Below the pieces are notes generated by a model that saw only the letters and a program-made list of their open reading frames with translations, had not been told where the DNA came from and did not search any database. Positions 50,351 to 59,845 of a DNA stretch of 64,000 bases are shown in pieces. The stretch is taken from assembly GCA_964383665.1 (NCBI GenBank), contig CAYLHO010000002.1, positions 138,306-202,305 of the forward strand. Direction: 5' to 3'. The stretch comes from an uncultured Lachnospiraceae bacterium (GTDB taxonomy: Bacteria; Bacillota; Clostridia; Christensenellales; UBA1242). Numbering within the stretch: position 1 is the stretch's first letter; each line of letters opens with the position of its first letter. Position numbers and translations under genes: made by a program.

Positions 50351-52810
50351 ATGTTCTTGGAAACAAGTGAAAGTTTGGAAAAAACCCTTATGGAAGCAAG
50401 CGCGGTTGCGCTCCGATTTGGCGGCGAAATGGTTGAAACCGAGCATATTCTTTATGGGCTTACAAAAGTTAACTGCACTGCAAAGAAAATTTTAAAGGAG
50501 TTTGGAGTTACCGATTCAAAACTTCTTAACATATTCAGAGAGAACAACGAGGAGGAAGCTTTTTTCGACAGCGTTGTTTTAACCCCTGCTGTTAAGGAAA
50601 TTTTCAAAATTGCTCAAACAATTGCTCTTCAACTTAATCATAATTTTCTTGGAACGGAGCATTTGCTTCTTGCTCTTGTTTCGTCGCAAGATTGTTTTGC
50701 AACAAGGCTTTTAACAAGCTATTTCAAAGTTAATGTTCAAGAGCTTAAAAACAAGGTTGTTTCTTTCCTTCAAGGAAAAGGGTATGGCGAAGGCGAGGAA
50801 ACAGAAATTCAAAAACAAGACAACCAAAAACAATCCAATTTGCCAGAAAAACTTTTGGAAATTGGAAGTGATTTCACTCTTAAAGCCCGTCAGGGGAAAA
50901 TTGACCCAATCATTGGAAGGGAAAAGGAAATTGAAAGAGTTATTGAAATTCTTTGCCGAAAAACAAAAAACAACCCTGTTCTAATTGGAGAGGCAGGTGT
51001 TGGAAAAACTGCTGTTGTTGAGGGGCTTGCCCTTGCAATTGTTCGAGGCGAAGTTCCCGACCTTCTTAAGAACAAGGAAATTTTCTCGCTTGAAATTGGA
51101 AGTCTTATGGCTGGAACGAAATATCGCGGGGCAATGGAGGAAAAACTTAAGGACGCAATTGAAACTATAATTGCAAACAAGAACATTATTGTTTTCATTG
51201 ATGAAATCCACACTCTTGCTCAAGCTGGGGCAGAAAAGGGCGAAACAAGCCCTTCTGATATGCTTAAACCATATCTTTCTCGTGGGGAACTTCAAACAAT
51301 TGGTGCAACAACAACCGATGAATATCGAAAATTTATTGAGAAGGATAAAGCGCTTGAAAGAAGATTCCAACCAATTGTTGTTGAACCTCCAACGGTTGAG
51401 CAAACAATTGAAATTTTAAAAGGTCTTCGCGACAGCTATGAAGCCTTCCACAAAGTTAAAATAACCGATGAGGCAATTGAGGCGGCGGCAACTCTTTCCG
51501 ACAGATATATCATGGACAGAAGTTTGCCAGACAAGGCAATTGATTTAATTGACGAAGCAGCGTCGAAAGCAAAAGTTAATTTCAGTTTGAAGCCAACCGA
51601 GGTCAGGGAAAAAGAGGACAAACTTAAACAACTTCAAGCATCGCGCGATGAAGCAAGTTTGGAACGCAATTATGAAAAGGCTGCAAAAATTCAATCCGAA
51701 ATTGTTAAACTTGAAGATGCTTTAGAAAAACTTAACAAGTCGCTTAACAGAACGGATAAGAAAGTTAATGCAATTGGGGCAAGCGAAGTTGCCGATGTTG
51801 TTGCTCGCTGGACGGGGATTCCAGTTAATAAAATAACCGAAACGGAAAAAGAAAAACTTATCAATCTTGAAAACATTTTGCATAAGCGCGTTATTGGGCA
51901 AGACGAAGCGGTTGAAGCTGTTGCAAAAGCAATTCGCCGAAGCCGTGTTGGGCTTCAAGATGCTAAACGGCCAATTGGCTCATTCTTATTCATGGGGCCA
52001 ACTGGCGTTGGGAAAACCGAACTTTCAAAAGCAATTGCCGAAGCCATGTTCGACAACGAGAACAACATTGTTCGTCTTGACATGAGCGAATATATGGAAC
52101 CACATTCTGTTGCAAAGCTTATTGGAGCGCCTCCTGGATATGTTGGGTTTGATGAAGGTGGGCAACTTACCGAGGCTGTTCGTCGAAAACCATATTGCGT
52201 TGTTCTTTTTGATGAAATTGAAAAAGCACACCCCGACATTTTCAACGCACTCTTGCAAATTTTGGACGACGGGCGCCTAACTGATTCGCAAGGAAGAACA
52301 GTTAACTTCCGAAACACGATCATAATTTTAACAAGCAACATTGGGGCTCAAGAGGTTCAACGTCAAAGCCGTCTTGGATTTGAAACAGGCGAAAATGAAG
52401 AAGAATCTTTTGATGAAATTAAACATATTTATATTGATGCGCTCCGAAAGAAATTTAAGCCAGAGTTCTTAAACAGAATTGACGTGACTTGTGTTTTCCA
52501 TTCTCTTTCGCTTGACGATTTCACAAAAATTGCAAAGATTCTTATGAAAAACATCAACAAGCGCCTTCAAAAACAGGGAATCGAACTTAAGTTAACAGAA
52601 CGTGCTCTTTCCTATATTGTTTCGCAAGGAGCAGATGCGGAATATGGGGCAAGACCGCTTCGAAGGTTTATTCAGCAACATGTTGAAGATGCAATTGCAG
52701 AAAAGATTTTGCTTGGAGATCTTGAAAAACAAGGAACGATAATCATCGATTTTGAAAACGTCAGATTAACGTTTAAAAACGATTTAAGTTCTTATGAACA
52801 AAATCAATAA
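50351..52810 (+). CDS. clpC: ATP-dependent Clp protease ATP-binding subunit ClpC
   Basis: 819 aa, AAGGAGG SD. Two Clp_N repeats, AAA-1 GEAGVGKTA / IVFIDEIH, a UVR-like linker, AAA-2 GPTGVGKTE / VVLFDEIEKAH. Confidence 0.93.
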   Translation: MFLETSESLEKTLMEASAVALRFGGEMVETEHILYGLTKVNCTAKKILKEFGVTDSKLLNIFRENNEEEAFFDSVVLTPAVKEIFKIAQTIALQLNHNFLGTEHLLLALVSSQDCFATRLLTSYFKVNVQELKNKVVSFLQGKGYGEGEETEIQKQDNQKQSNLPEKLLEIGSDFTLKARQGKIDPIIGREKEIERVIEILCRKTKNNPVLIGEAGVGKTAVVEGLALAIVRGEVPDLLKNKEIFSLEIGSLMAGTKYRGAMEEKLKDAIETIIANKNIIVFIDEIHTLAQAGAEKGETSPSDMLKPYLSRGELQTIGATTTDEYRKFIEKDKALERRFQPIVVEPPTVEQTIEILKGLRDSYEAFHKVKITDEAIEAAATLSDRYIMDRSLPDKAIDLIDEAASKAKVNFSLKPTEVREKEDKLKQLQASRDEASLERNYEKAAKIQSEIVKLEDALEKLNKSLNRTDKKVNAIGASEVADVVARWTGIPVNKITETEKEKLINLENILHKRVIGQDEAVEAVAKAIRRSRVGLQDAKRPIGSFLFMGPTGVGKTELSKAIAEAMFDNENNIVRLDMSEYMEPHSVAKLIGAPPGYVGFDEGGQLTEAVRRKPYCVVLFDEIEKAHPDIFNALLQILDDGRLTDSQGRTVNFRNTIIILTSNIGAQEVQRQSRLGFETGENEEESFDEIKHIYIDALRKKFKPEFLNRIDVTCVFHSLSLDDFTKIAKILMKNINKRLQKQGIELKLTERALSYIVSQGADAEYGARPLRRFIQQHVEDAIAEKILLGDLEKQGTIIIDFENVRLTFKNDLSSYEQNQ

Positions 52811-52823
52811 TTTAAGAAAAAAA

Positions 52824-52855
52824 TAAAAAAATCACGAAATTTCCGTGATTTTTTA
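52824..52855. terminator. bidirectional intrinsic terminator (clpC / ytxH-like)
   Basis: A-run, stem ATCACG / CGTGAT, 7-nt loop, T5 run. Confidence 0.75.
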
Positions 52856-52861
52856 TTGTTT

Positions 52862-53059
52862 TTATGCGTTTTGAGCATTATTTTTTGATTTTTTAAGATT
52901 CTTTTTAACTTTGTTTGCTTCCTGCTTTATCATTTTAATTTCGTCCTTAACCATTGTTTCTCCTTCATCGGCAAGGTCTTGAACTTGCTTGCAATATTTA
53001 TGAAGAACAATTCCAAAAAGTCCGCCAACCATAAGCCCAACAATAAATCCTTCTTTCAT
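52862..53059 (-). CDS. YtxH-like small membrane-anchored protein
   Basis: 65 aa. N-terminal Gly-zipper TM FIVGLMVGGLFGIVL followed by a charged amphipathic helix. GGAGAA SD. Confidence 0.55.
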   Translation of the reverse strand: MKEGFIVGLMVGGLFGIVLHKYCKQVQDLADEGETMVKDEIKMIKQEANKVKKNLKKSKNNAQNA

Positions 53060-53156
53060 ACAGTTTTCTCCTTTTAAGCTTTTTGCTTAACTTTAGTGTT
53101 TGCAAAAACGTCTATTTTATTCTTTGCTGGCATAGGTTAAAAGGAAAGGGAAAATT

Positions 53157-53414
53157 ATGTTTAATTTTTTTTCAGAGATTAAAAAGGAACTTAAAATTCC
53201 AAACTCCGATGGGGATTATAATCTTGTTTTAACAAGCGGAAAAGCGCTTTATGCCGAAGGGGCAAAAGGGCTTATTCTTCTTTCAACCGAGCAAGTTATG
53301 TTTCGAGTTAAGGGGAAGATTATTAGCGTTTTTGGCAAAAATTTGAAGCTTAAAGAAATGGGAAACCAAACAATTTGCATTGTTGGAGAAATTGAAAAAA
53401 TTGAGGAATCATAA
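53157..53414 (+). CDS. yqfC: YabP/YqfC-family sporulation protein
   Basis: 85 aa. The pattern ...LVLTSGKALYAEGAKGLILLSTEQVMFRVKGKIISVFGKNLKLKEM...ICIVGEIEKIE matches YqfC. It lies directly upstream of yqfD and in the yqfC-yqfD-...-ybeY-era order known from Bacillus. Confidence 0.65.
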   Translation: MFNFFSEIKKELKIPNSDGDYNLVLTSGKALYAEGAKGLILLSTEQVMFRVKGKIISVFGKNLKLKEMGNQTICIVGEIEKIEES

Positions 53415-53415
53415 C

Positions 53416-54582
53416 TTGAAAATAAAAATTTTTAAACGAGCAAAGAAAGAAAAAAGAAGCAAAAAAACAAGCGTAACTTTTTCTCTTTCGGGCTATAACT
53501 TTGAGCGCTGGCTTAACGTCCTTTCGAACAAGGGAGTTGAGATTTTATCTGCGGAAAAAATTGATGTTAAAAATTCGAAACTTGAAGTTGAAATTGAAAG
53601 AGAAAAACAAGTTGAAACCTTTTTAAAATCAAAAAATTTTCAAGTTGTTGGAAAGCAATATAACGGGCTTGCACGCCCTCTTAAATTTTTTGGAACTCAT
53701 TTTGGAATTATAATTGGAATTTTTCTCTGTTTTTGTTTTTATGTTGTTGCTTCTGGCTATGTTTGGCGAATTGAAATTATGGGTAACGAAAATGTTAACT
53801 CAAATGAAATTATTGAAGTTCTTGATGAGAATGGGGTTTCAATTTTTTCTCCGTTAAACCGAAATTCAAATGAAGAAATTGAAAAAATTGTTTTAAATAA
53901 TTTTAAGAACGTTAGCATGGTTAGCGTTGTTAAAAAAGGAACTTCAATTATAGTTAACATTAAAGAAAAACTTATAACAAACGAAAATCAGGGGTTTGGG
54001 GCTCTTTTGGCAAGCGAAGACGGAACAATTAAAAACATAAAATTAATTCAAGGAACGCCGGTTGTTAAGGTTGGAGATGTTGTTCGCGCAGGCGACGAAC
54101 TTGTTGCTCCATATGTTGTTGACAGCAGTGGGAATTGCATTCCAATCGAACCAAAAGCGGAAATCACTTTTGAATTTTTGCTTTCTGGGCAAAGCGTTCA
54201 TAACAACACGGTTCAAGTTCAAAAAAGAACAGGACGAAATGTTTGCGAAAGAAAAATGAGTTTTTTGGACAGGGAAATTGTAACAACAAAGGTTGAAGTT
54301 CCGTTCGAAATTTATGAGCTTGAAAGAAGTGAAACATATCTTTCAACATCAACCTTGCCGCTTAAGTATGTAACTTTAACATATCATGAAATTGAAAACG
54401 TTACAATTGAAAAAAGTTTTTCAGAGGTTAAAGACGAGAAAATTCAGGAAGCAAAGTCGCTTGCGTTTGCGCGAAAGGCGGAGCAGGACAGCGTTGTTTA
54501 CGAGAATTATGTTATAACGGAAAAAGGCGATCAAACAATTGTTGACTATGTTGTTTGCGTTGAAAGAACGGTTACCAGTTAA
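53416..54582 (+). CDS. yqfD: stage IV sporulation protein YqfD-like
   Basis: I use TTG 53416, 7 nt after GAGGAA and just past the yqfC stop. The ORF-track start at 53380 overlaps yqfC. VTFSLSGYNFERWLN..., a central TM, then VWRIEIMGNENV... is typical of YqfD. Confidence 0.75.
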   Translation: MKIKIFKRAKKEKRSKKTSVTFSLSGYNFERWLNVLSNKGVEILSAEKIDVKNSKLEVEIEREKQVETFLKSKNFQVVGKQYNGLARPLKFFGTHFGIIIGIFLCFCFYVVASGYVWRIEIMGNENVNSNEIIEVLDENGVSIFSPLNRNSNEEIEKIVLNNFKNVSMVSVVKKGTSIIVNIKEKLITNENQGFGALLASEDGTIKNIKLIQGTPVVKVGDVVRAGDELVAPYVVDSSGNCIPIEPKAEITFEFLLSGQSVHNNTVQVQKRTGRNVCERKMSFLDREIVTTKVEVPFEIYELERSETYLSTSTLPLKYVTLTYHEIENVTIEKSFSEVKDEKIQEAKSLAFARKAEQDSVVYENYVITEKGDQTIVDYVVCVERTVTS

Positions 54583-54601
54583 AAACATTTTAATCAAAAA
54601 A

Positions 54602-54621
54602 ACGCCAAATGGTGTTTTTTT
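54602..54621 (+). terminator. intrinsic terminator after yqfD
   Basis: Stem ACGCC / GGTGT (one G-U pair) followed by a T7 run. Confidence 0.6.
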
Positions 54622-54658
54622 CTATGCAAAGGACCAAAAAAGTGTTATAATATAAAAT

Positions 54659-55111
54659 ATGAATAAAGTATGTTTTAAAAACGTTTTTTCGCCATGTTTT
54701 AAGAAAATGGCAACAAAACTTTTCAGTGATGCCGTTGAAAAAAATTATGGAACGGATAAGAATTTTTTTGCAAACATTAAATTTGTTTCGGAAAGCGAGA
54801 TTCAAAAATTAAACAGAGAGTTTAGGCAAATTGACAGGGTTACAGATGTCCTTTCATTCCCAAATTACGATGATCCTCAAAATGCAAGTTTTGAAGAAGA
54901 CGATGTTTTCTTGGGAGATATTGCAATTTGCAAATCTGTTGCAAAAAAACAAGCAAAAGAATTTGGACACAGCCTTAAACGTGAACTTTGTTTTCTTGCT
55001 CTCCATGGTTTTTTGCACATAATGGGATACGACCATGTTGAAAAAGAGGACGAGGAAAAAATGATGGGGCTTGCAAACGAAATTTTAAGAGAAAATGGAG
55101 TTGAAAGATGA
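54659..55111 (+). CDS. ybeY: rRNA maturation endoribonuclease YbeY
   Basis: 150 aa. Zinc motif HGFLHIMGYDH. 4-nt overlap with era. TGt-TATAAT (54643-54651) lies 7 nt before the ATG and there is no SD. Confidence 0.9.
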   Translation: MNKVCFKNVFSPCFKKMATKLFSDAVEKNYGTDKNFFANIKFVSESEIQKLNREFRQIDRVTDVLSFPNYDDPQNASFEEDDVFLGDIAICKSVAKKQAKEFGHSLKRELCFLALHGFLHIMGYDHVEKEDEEKMMGLANEILRENGVER

Positions 55112-55974
55112 AAGCGGGATATGTTGCAGTTATTGGAAAAACAAACGCAGGGAAAAGCACTTTAATTAATGAACTTTTGGGCGTTAAACTTAATATTGTT
55201 TCTCATAAAAAACAAACAACAAGAAACAACATTCTTGGAGTTTTAACGGAAAAGAACTCTCAATTTGTTTTCATCGACACTCCGGGAATTCACCGAAGTC
55301 AAAACCAGCTTGACAAGGCTATGAACAAAAGCGTTCGAAATGCGAAGGAAGGGGCAGATGTTGTTGTTTATTTGATCGACGGTTCAAAAGCTTTTTCAAG
55401 CGAAGAAATTGCGTCGATGGCTTCACTTTCCGAAATGGATAACTTGATTGTTGCTGTTAGCAAAATTGATTTAACAACCCCAGAAAAACTTGCCGAGAAT
55501 TTGGTTAAATTGAATGAAATTTCGGCAAAGGCAATTGTTCCGTTTTCCTCGAAGAAACGAAAAAATTTGGGGCTTCTGAAAGAGGAAATTTTGAAACTTC
55601 TTCCAACGCAGGAAATGATTTTCCCGGAAGACGAAATAACGGATAGGTCAACAAAATTTTTCTGCAGCGAGATTGTTCGTGAAAAAATTTTAAACTTCAC
55701 GAATGAGGAAATTCCGCATGGTGTTTTTTGTGGTGTTGTTTCTTTCGAGGAAGATGAAAGGAAAATTGAAATTTTGATTGATGTTGTTTGCGAAAAAGAA
55801 TCCCACAAGGCAATTATAATTGGCAAGGGCGGGGGAACCCTTAAGCGAATTGGAACAAGCGCAAGAATCGACATGGAAAAATTCCTTGGGAAAAAAGTTA
55901 TGTTAAAACTCTTTGTTAAAGTTGAAAAGGATTGGCGAAACAAACAGTCGTTCATTTCGTCGAATGGCTTTTAG
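55108..55974 (+). CDS. era: GTPase Era
   Basis: 288 aa. G1 GKTNAGKST, G3 DTPG, G4 SKID, and a C-terminal KH domain (IIGKGGGTLKRIG). Confidence 0.95.
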   Translation: MKAGYVAVIGKTNAGKSTLINELLGVKLNIVSHKKQTTRNNILGVLTEKNSQFVFIDTPGIHRSQNQLDKAMNKSVRNAKEGADVVVYLIDGSKAFSSEEIASMASLSEMDNLIVAVSKIDLTTPEKLAENLVKLNEISAKAIVPFSSKKRKNLGLLKEEILKLLPTQEMIFPEDEITDRSTKFFCSEIVREKILNFTNEEIPHGVFCGVVSFEEDERKIEILIDVVCEKESHKAIIIGKGGGTLKRIGTSARIDMEKFLGKKVMLKLFVKVEKDWRNKQSFISSNGF

Positions 55975-55984
55975 AATTGGGATA

Positions 55985-56012
55985 TTGACAACTTTTGTGA
56001 ATATGATAGAAT
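55985..56012 (+). promoter_or_regulatory. promoter of the 160-aa hypothetical gene
   Basis: TTGACA (55985-55990), 16-nt spacer, TGa-TAGAAT (56004-56012). Confidence 0.6.
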
Positions 56013-56034
56013 ATATCCACATGGAGGTTTATTT

Positions 56035-56517
56035 ATGTCAGAATTAAGATACACCGAAAAAGAAATTTACGATTTTGAAGACAGAAGACTTTTGAACTTT
56101 TTTGAAGATTCAATTTTGTTAAATGGTTCGTTTCAAACAACGCTTAACAACTTAACCGCAGCAACTGCACTTGTTGACAGGGGGTTGATTTCAGTTTACA
56201 ACCCAAAAATTGACGTTGTTTTCAGCCAATGCAAAAAGAATTTCATCTCTCTTGGACGTTGCTCAAAAGAAAAATTTGATGAAGATAAATTTATGGATTT
56301 CAACTTGAGATTTCGCAGGTTTGGGGAAAGCTTGGAAAATTGCTTTGACGACCTCAAATCCAATTGCGATTTAAATGAAAGAACGCGACTTGTTGATCGT
56401 GAGGAAATTGTTCAAGGGCTTTATGACAAATGTTACGTTGCCTATAAATCATGCAGAGCAGAACGCAACATGAAGGAAAATTCAATTAAGGCAATAAAAA
56501 ATCAGTTTGAATTATAG
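56035..56517 (+). CDS. hypothetical protein (160 aa, Cys-containing, acidic)
   Basis: GGAGG SD. No recognisable motif. Confidence 0.55.
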   Translation: MSELRYTEKEIYDFEDRRLLNFFEDSILLNGSFQTTLNNLTAATALVDRGLISVYNPKIDVVFSQCKKNFISLGRCSKEKFDEDKFMDFNLRFRRFGESLENCFDDLKSNCDLNERTRLVDREEIVQGLYDKCYVAYKSCRAERNMKENSIKAIKNQFEL

Positions 56518-56535
56518 AAAAATTTTTTAAGAGAG

Positions 56536-56566
56536 GGAACTTTTTAAGTTCCTTTTCTTTTTTTTG
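56536..56566 (+). terminator. intrinsic terminator
   Basis: Stem GGAACTT / AAGTTCC, loop TTT, long T-rich tail. Confidence 0.8.
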
Positions 56567-56627
56567 TCTTTCAGAAATTACTTTATATTTAGTTATATAT
56601 AATCTAAGAGAAAAACCCGCATTTTAA

Positions 56628-56656
56628 TTGCAATAAAAGGGGTTATGTGGTAGAAT
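56628..56656 (+). promoter_or_regulatory. ileS promoter
   Basis: TTGCAA (56628-56633), 17-nt spacer, TGg-TAGAAT (56648-56656). This leaves a leader of only about 40 nt. Confidence 0.6.
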
Positions 56657-56701
56657 GTGAAATGTAAATTTTACGTTCAAACTTTTAACTAGGAGAGAAA
56701 A

Positions 56702-59700
56702 ATGAAAAAAGAAACTGCAATGCCATCGCTTGTGAAAAACGAAGAAGAAATTTTAAAATTTTGGAACGACAACAAAATTTTTGAAAAATTAAAAAAACAA
56801 AATGAAAAAACTGGGAAATACTATGCTTTTCTTGATGGTCCAATAACTGCAAACTACATTATGGGGCTTCATCACGCATGGAACCGTTCTCTTAAAGATG
56901 TTATGCTTAGATTCGCAGGTATGAATGGGTGTGCTGCGCACTATCAAAACGGGTTCGATGCCCACGGGCTTCCGGTTGAACTTCGTGTTGAAAAAGAATT
57001 AAATCTTAACAGCAAGAAAGAAATTGAAAAATATGGCGTTGAAAACTTTATTGAAAAATGTTTGGGAGTTGTTGACAAATATTCCTCAAAGATAACTGAA
57101 CAATCGAAACGTCTTGGGCAATGGATGGACTGGGACGATTCCTATTTCACAAATTCCGATCAAAACATAACTGCAATTTGGCATTTCCTTAAAGTGTGTC
57201 ATGAAAAAGGTTGGATAAGCGAAAAATATCGCCCAACGCCTTGGTGTATTCGTTGCGGAACTGCACTTTCCGAACATGAAATGGGGGACGCAGATGCATA
57301 TAAGGAAGTTGAACACACAGCTGTTTTCTTCAAACTTCCTGTTCTTGGAACGAACAACTCGGTTATTGTTTGGACAACAACACCTTGGACTCTTTCATCA
57401 AACGTGGCTGTTGCCGTTAACCCAGAGTTTAAATATTCAATTTGTAAAGTTAAAAGCGACACGCGCAACTTGATTGTTTGTTCAAGCATGCTTAAAGTTC
57501 TTAAAGGCGACCTTGTTGAGGTTGTTGAGGAAATTTCAGGGAAAGACCTTGTTGGACTTTCATATGAAACATGTTTCCCAGAATTTGACGAACAAAACTT
57601 TGAACATAAAATTGTTGCTTGGGATCAAGTTGATTCTGTTGAGGGCTCGGGCATGGTTCATATTGCCCCAGGCTGCGGAGCGGAGGACTTCGATTTAGGG
57701 CAAAGCATTGGACTTAAAAATATCATGCCAATCGACGAGGCGGGGAATTTCTATAACGGATTTGGTTTCCTTTCCGGGAAAAACGCCAACGAGGTTGCCG
57801 ACCTTGTTTTTGAAGAACTTAAGGCAAGGGGAAAACTTTACTACACCCACAAATATAAACACCGCTATCCACATTGCTGGCGTTGCAAAAATCCGGTTCT
57901 CTATCGTCTTGTTAAAAACTGGGTTATTAAAATGGACGAAATTCGTCCAGCGCTTATTAAAGCAATTTACGATGTTGAATTCCAACCTGAATTTATGAAA
58001 AAACGTATGCTCGATTGGCTTAACAACATGGGGGATTGGTCGATTTCAAGAAAACGTTATTATGGTGTTCCTCTTCCAATCTATAAATGCCCACATTGCG
58101 GAAAGTTAACGGTTGTTGGAAGCCTTGAGGAACTTGCGAGACTTTCAAGCCAAGAAGAAGTTGACTCCCTCCCACATATCCATAAACCATACATCGACAA
58201 AATTAAAATAACTTGCCCAAATTGCGGCGAAAAAGTTGAGAGAATTCCAGAAGTTGGCGATTGCTGGCTTGATGCGGGAATAACACCTTTCTCAACGAAA
58301 AAATATTTTTCTGACAAGGAATTTTTCGAAAAGAATTTTCCAATTGAGGTTGTTCTTGAAGGAAAAGAACAAATTAGACTTTGGTTCTATTCTTTGCTTG
58401 TTATGAGCGTTGCGTTAACAGGGCGCGCGCCATACAAAAAGATTGTTTGCACTGCGATGCTTCTTGATCGCGATGGGAACAAACTTTCGAAATCCAGCCC
58501 AAACAATATTCCAATTGACGAGGCATTTGAGAAAATTGGAGCGGACATTGTTCGCTATATGTTCTCCTCAAACAACATGACAAGCGACGTTAGATTCTCG
58601 TTTGAGGCAACAGATGAAATCAGACGCAAGATTTTGGGCTTCTGGAATAATTATGTTTTCTTTAACACATATGCATCAATCGACAATCCTCGTCTTGATG
58701 GCTTTAAGCCAAACTTGGAATCGCTTGATTTAACCGATCGTTGGTTGCTTGCAAAATTAAACAAGTTTGTTCGCGATTCATTTGAAAATTATAAAAATCA
58801 AAAGTTCTTTGCAGTAACAAACGATTTTGAAGAACTTTCCGACGAACTTTCGAATTGGTATATTCGTGTTAACAGACGCAGATTCTGGAAATCGGAAGAT
58901 GAGGAAGACAAACTTTGCGCTTATTTCACTCTTTTCACGGCAATTAAAACAATTTGTCAGGTTATGAGCCCAATAATTCCGTTTATAACAGAATATATTT
59001 GGCAAAACATGGTGCGCGAACTTGAAGGTGATGCAAAAGAAAGCATTTTCCTTGAAAATTTCCCATCTGCACTTGAGGAATTTGACGATCAAAAACTTAT
59101 TGACGACACAAACGTAATTCGAAATGTAATCGCAATTGCGCTTCGCCTTCGAAATGAAAATCAAATCAAAATTAAACAACCTCTTAAACATCTTTATGTT
59201 TTGATGTCAAATGCAAATGTTGACGCGATTAAGGAATATGAGGAACTTATTAAAGAAGAACTCAACATTAAGGAAATAACTTTTGAGGAGGACAATACAA
59301 AGTTTAACGACGAGTTCTTAACAGTTAACTTTAAGGCGGCAGGGGCAAGGCTTAAAGGCGCTGTTCAACAACTTAAAAACACCCTTGCTTTGCTTTCGGA
59401 CGAAGAGCAAAAGAAACTTGTTGAACAATTTAAAAATGGAAATGTTGAGGTTGAGGGCTTCGAACCTTTGCCAGCCGAAGTTTTCATTCTTTCAAGCAAA
59501 CCAAAGAAAGATTTTGTTATTGCAAGCGAAAACGGACTTACATGCGTTCTTGACATAACAATTGACGAAAATCTTATGCTTGAAGGGCTTTCAAGAGAAC
59601 TTATAAGAACAATTCAAGTTTTAAGAAAAGAAGCTAACTTCAAGGTTGAGGAAAGAATTGAAGTTGCTCTTAAAACAGAAAGCGAAACGCTTTCCAAGGT

Positions 59701-59845
59701 GATTTCAAAATATAGCGAAAGAATTAAAGCAGAAGTTTTGGGTAAAAACTTTGTTGAAGGAATTGAAAATCCAACAATTGAACGTGAAGTTGAAATTCAA
59801 GAGGAAAAAGTTTTAATTCAACTTAAGGGGCAAAATGCAAACTAA
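56702..59845 (+). CDS. ileS: isoleucine--tRNA ligase (long, type-2-like form)
   Basis: 1047 aa, AGGAGAG SD. PITANYIMGLHHAWN (HIGH region), CP1 editing domain, two CxxC pairs (CPHCG...CPNCG) before KLSKS. Confidence 0.95.
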   Translation: MKKETAMPSLVKNEEEILKFWNDNKIFEKLKKQNEKTGKYYAFLDGPITANYIMGLHHAWNRSLKDVMLRFAGMNGCAAHYQNGFDAHGLPVELRVEKELNLNSKKEIEKYGVENFIEKCLGVVDKYSSKITEQSKRLGQWMDWDDSYFTNSDQNITAIWHFLKVCHEKGWISEKYRPTPWCIRCGTALSEHEMGDADAYKEVEHTAVFFKLPVLGTNNSVIVWTTTPWTLSSNVAVAVNPEFKYSICKVKSDTRNLIVCSSMLKVLKGDLVEVVEEISGKDLVGLSYETCFPEFDEQNFEHKIVAWDQVDSVEGSGMVHIAPGCGAEDFDLGQSIGLKNIMPIDEAGNFYNGFGFLSGKNANEVADLVFEELKARGKLYYTHKYKHRYPHCWRCKNPVLYRLVKNWVIKMDEIRPALIKAIYDVEFQPEFMKKRMLDWLNNMGDWSISRKRYYGVPLPIYKCPHCGKLTVVGSLEELARLSSQEEVDSLPHIHKPYIDKIKITCPNCGEKVERIPEVGDCWLDAGITPFSTKKYFSDKEFFEKNFPIEVVLEGKEQIRLWFYSLLVMSVALTGRAPYKKIVCTAMLLDRDGNKLSKSSPNNIPIDEAFEKIGADIVRYMFSSNNMTSDVRFSFEATDEIRRKILGFWNNYVFFNTYASIDNPRLDGFKPNLESLDLTDRWLLAKLNKFVRDSFENYKNQKFFAVTNDFEELSDELSNWYIRVNRRRFWKSEDEEDKLCAYFTLFTAIKTICQVMSPIIPFITEYIWQNMVRELEGDAKESIFLENFPSALEEFDDQKLIDDTNVIRNVIAIALRLRNENQIKIKQPLKHLYVLMSNANVDAIKEYEELIKEELNIKEITFEEDNTKFNDEFLTVNFKAAGARLKGAVQQLKNTLALLSDEEQKKLVEQFKNGNVEVEGFEPLPAEVFILSSKPKKDFVIASENGLTCVLDITIDENLMLEGLSRELIRTIQVLRKEANFKVEERIEVALKTESETLSKVISKYSERIKAEVLGKNFVEGIENPTIEREVEIQEEKVLIQLKGQNAN

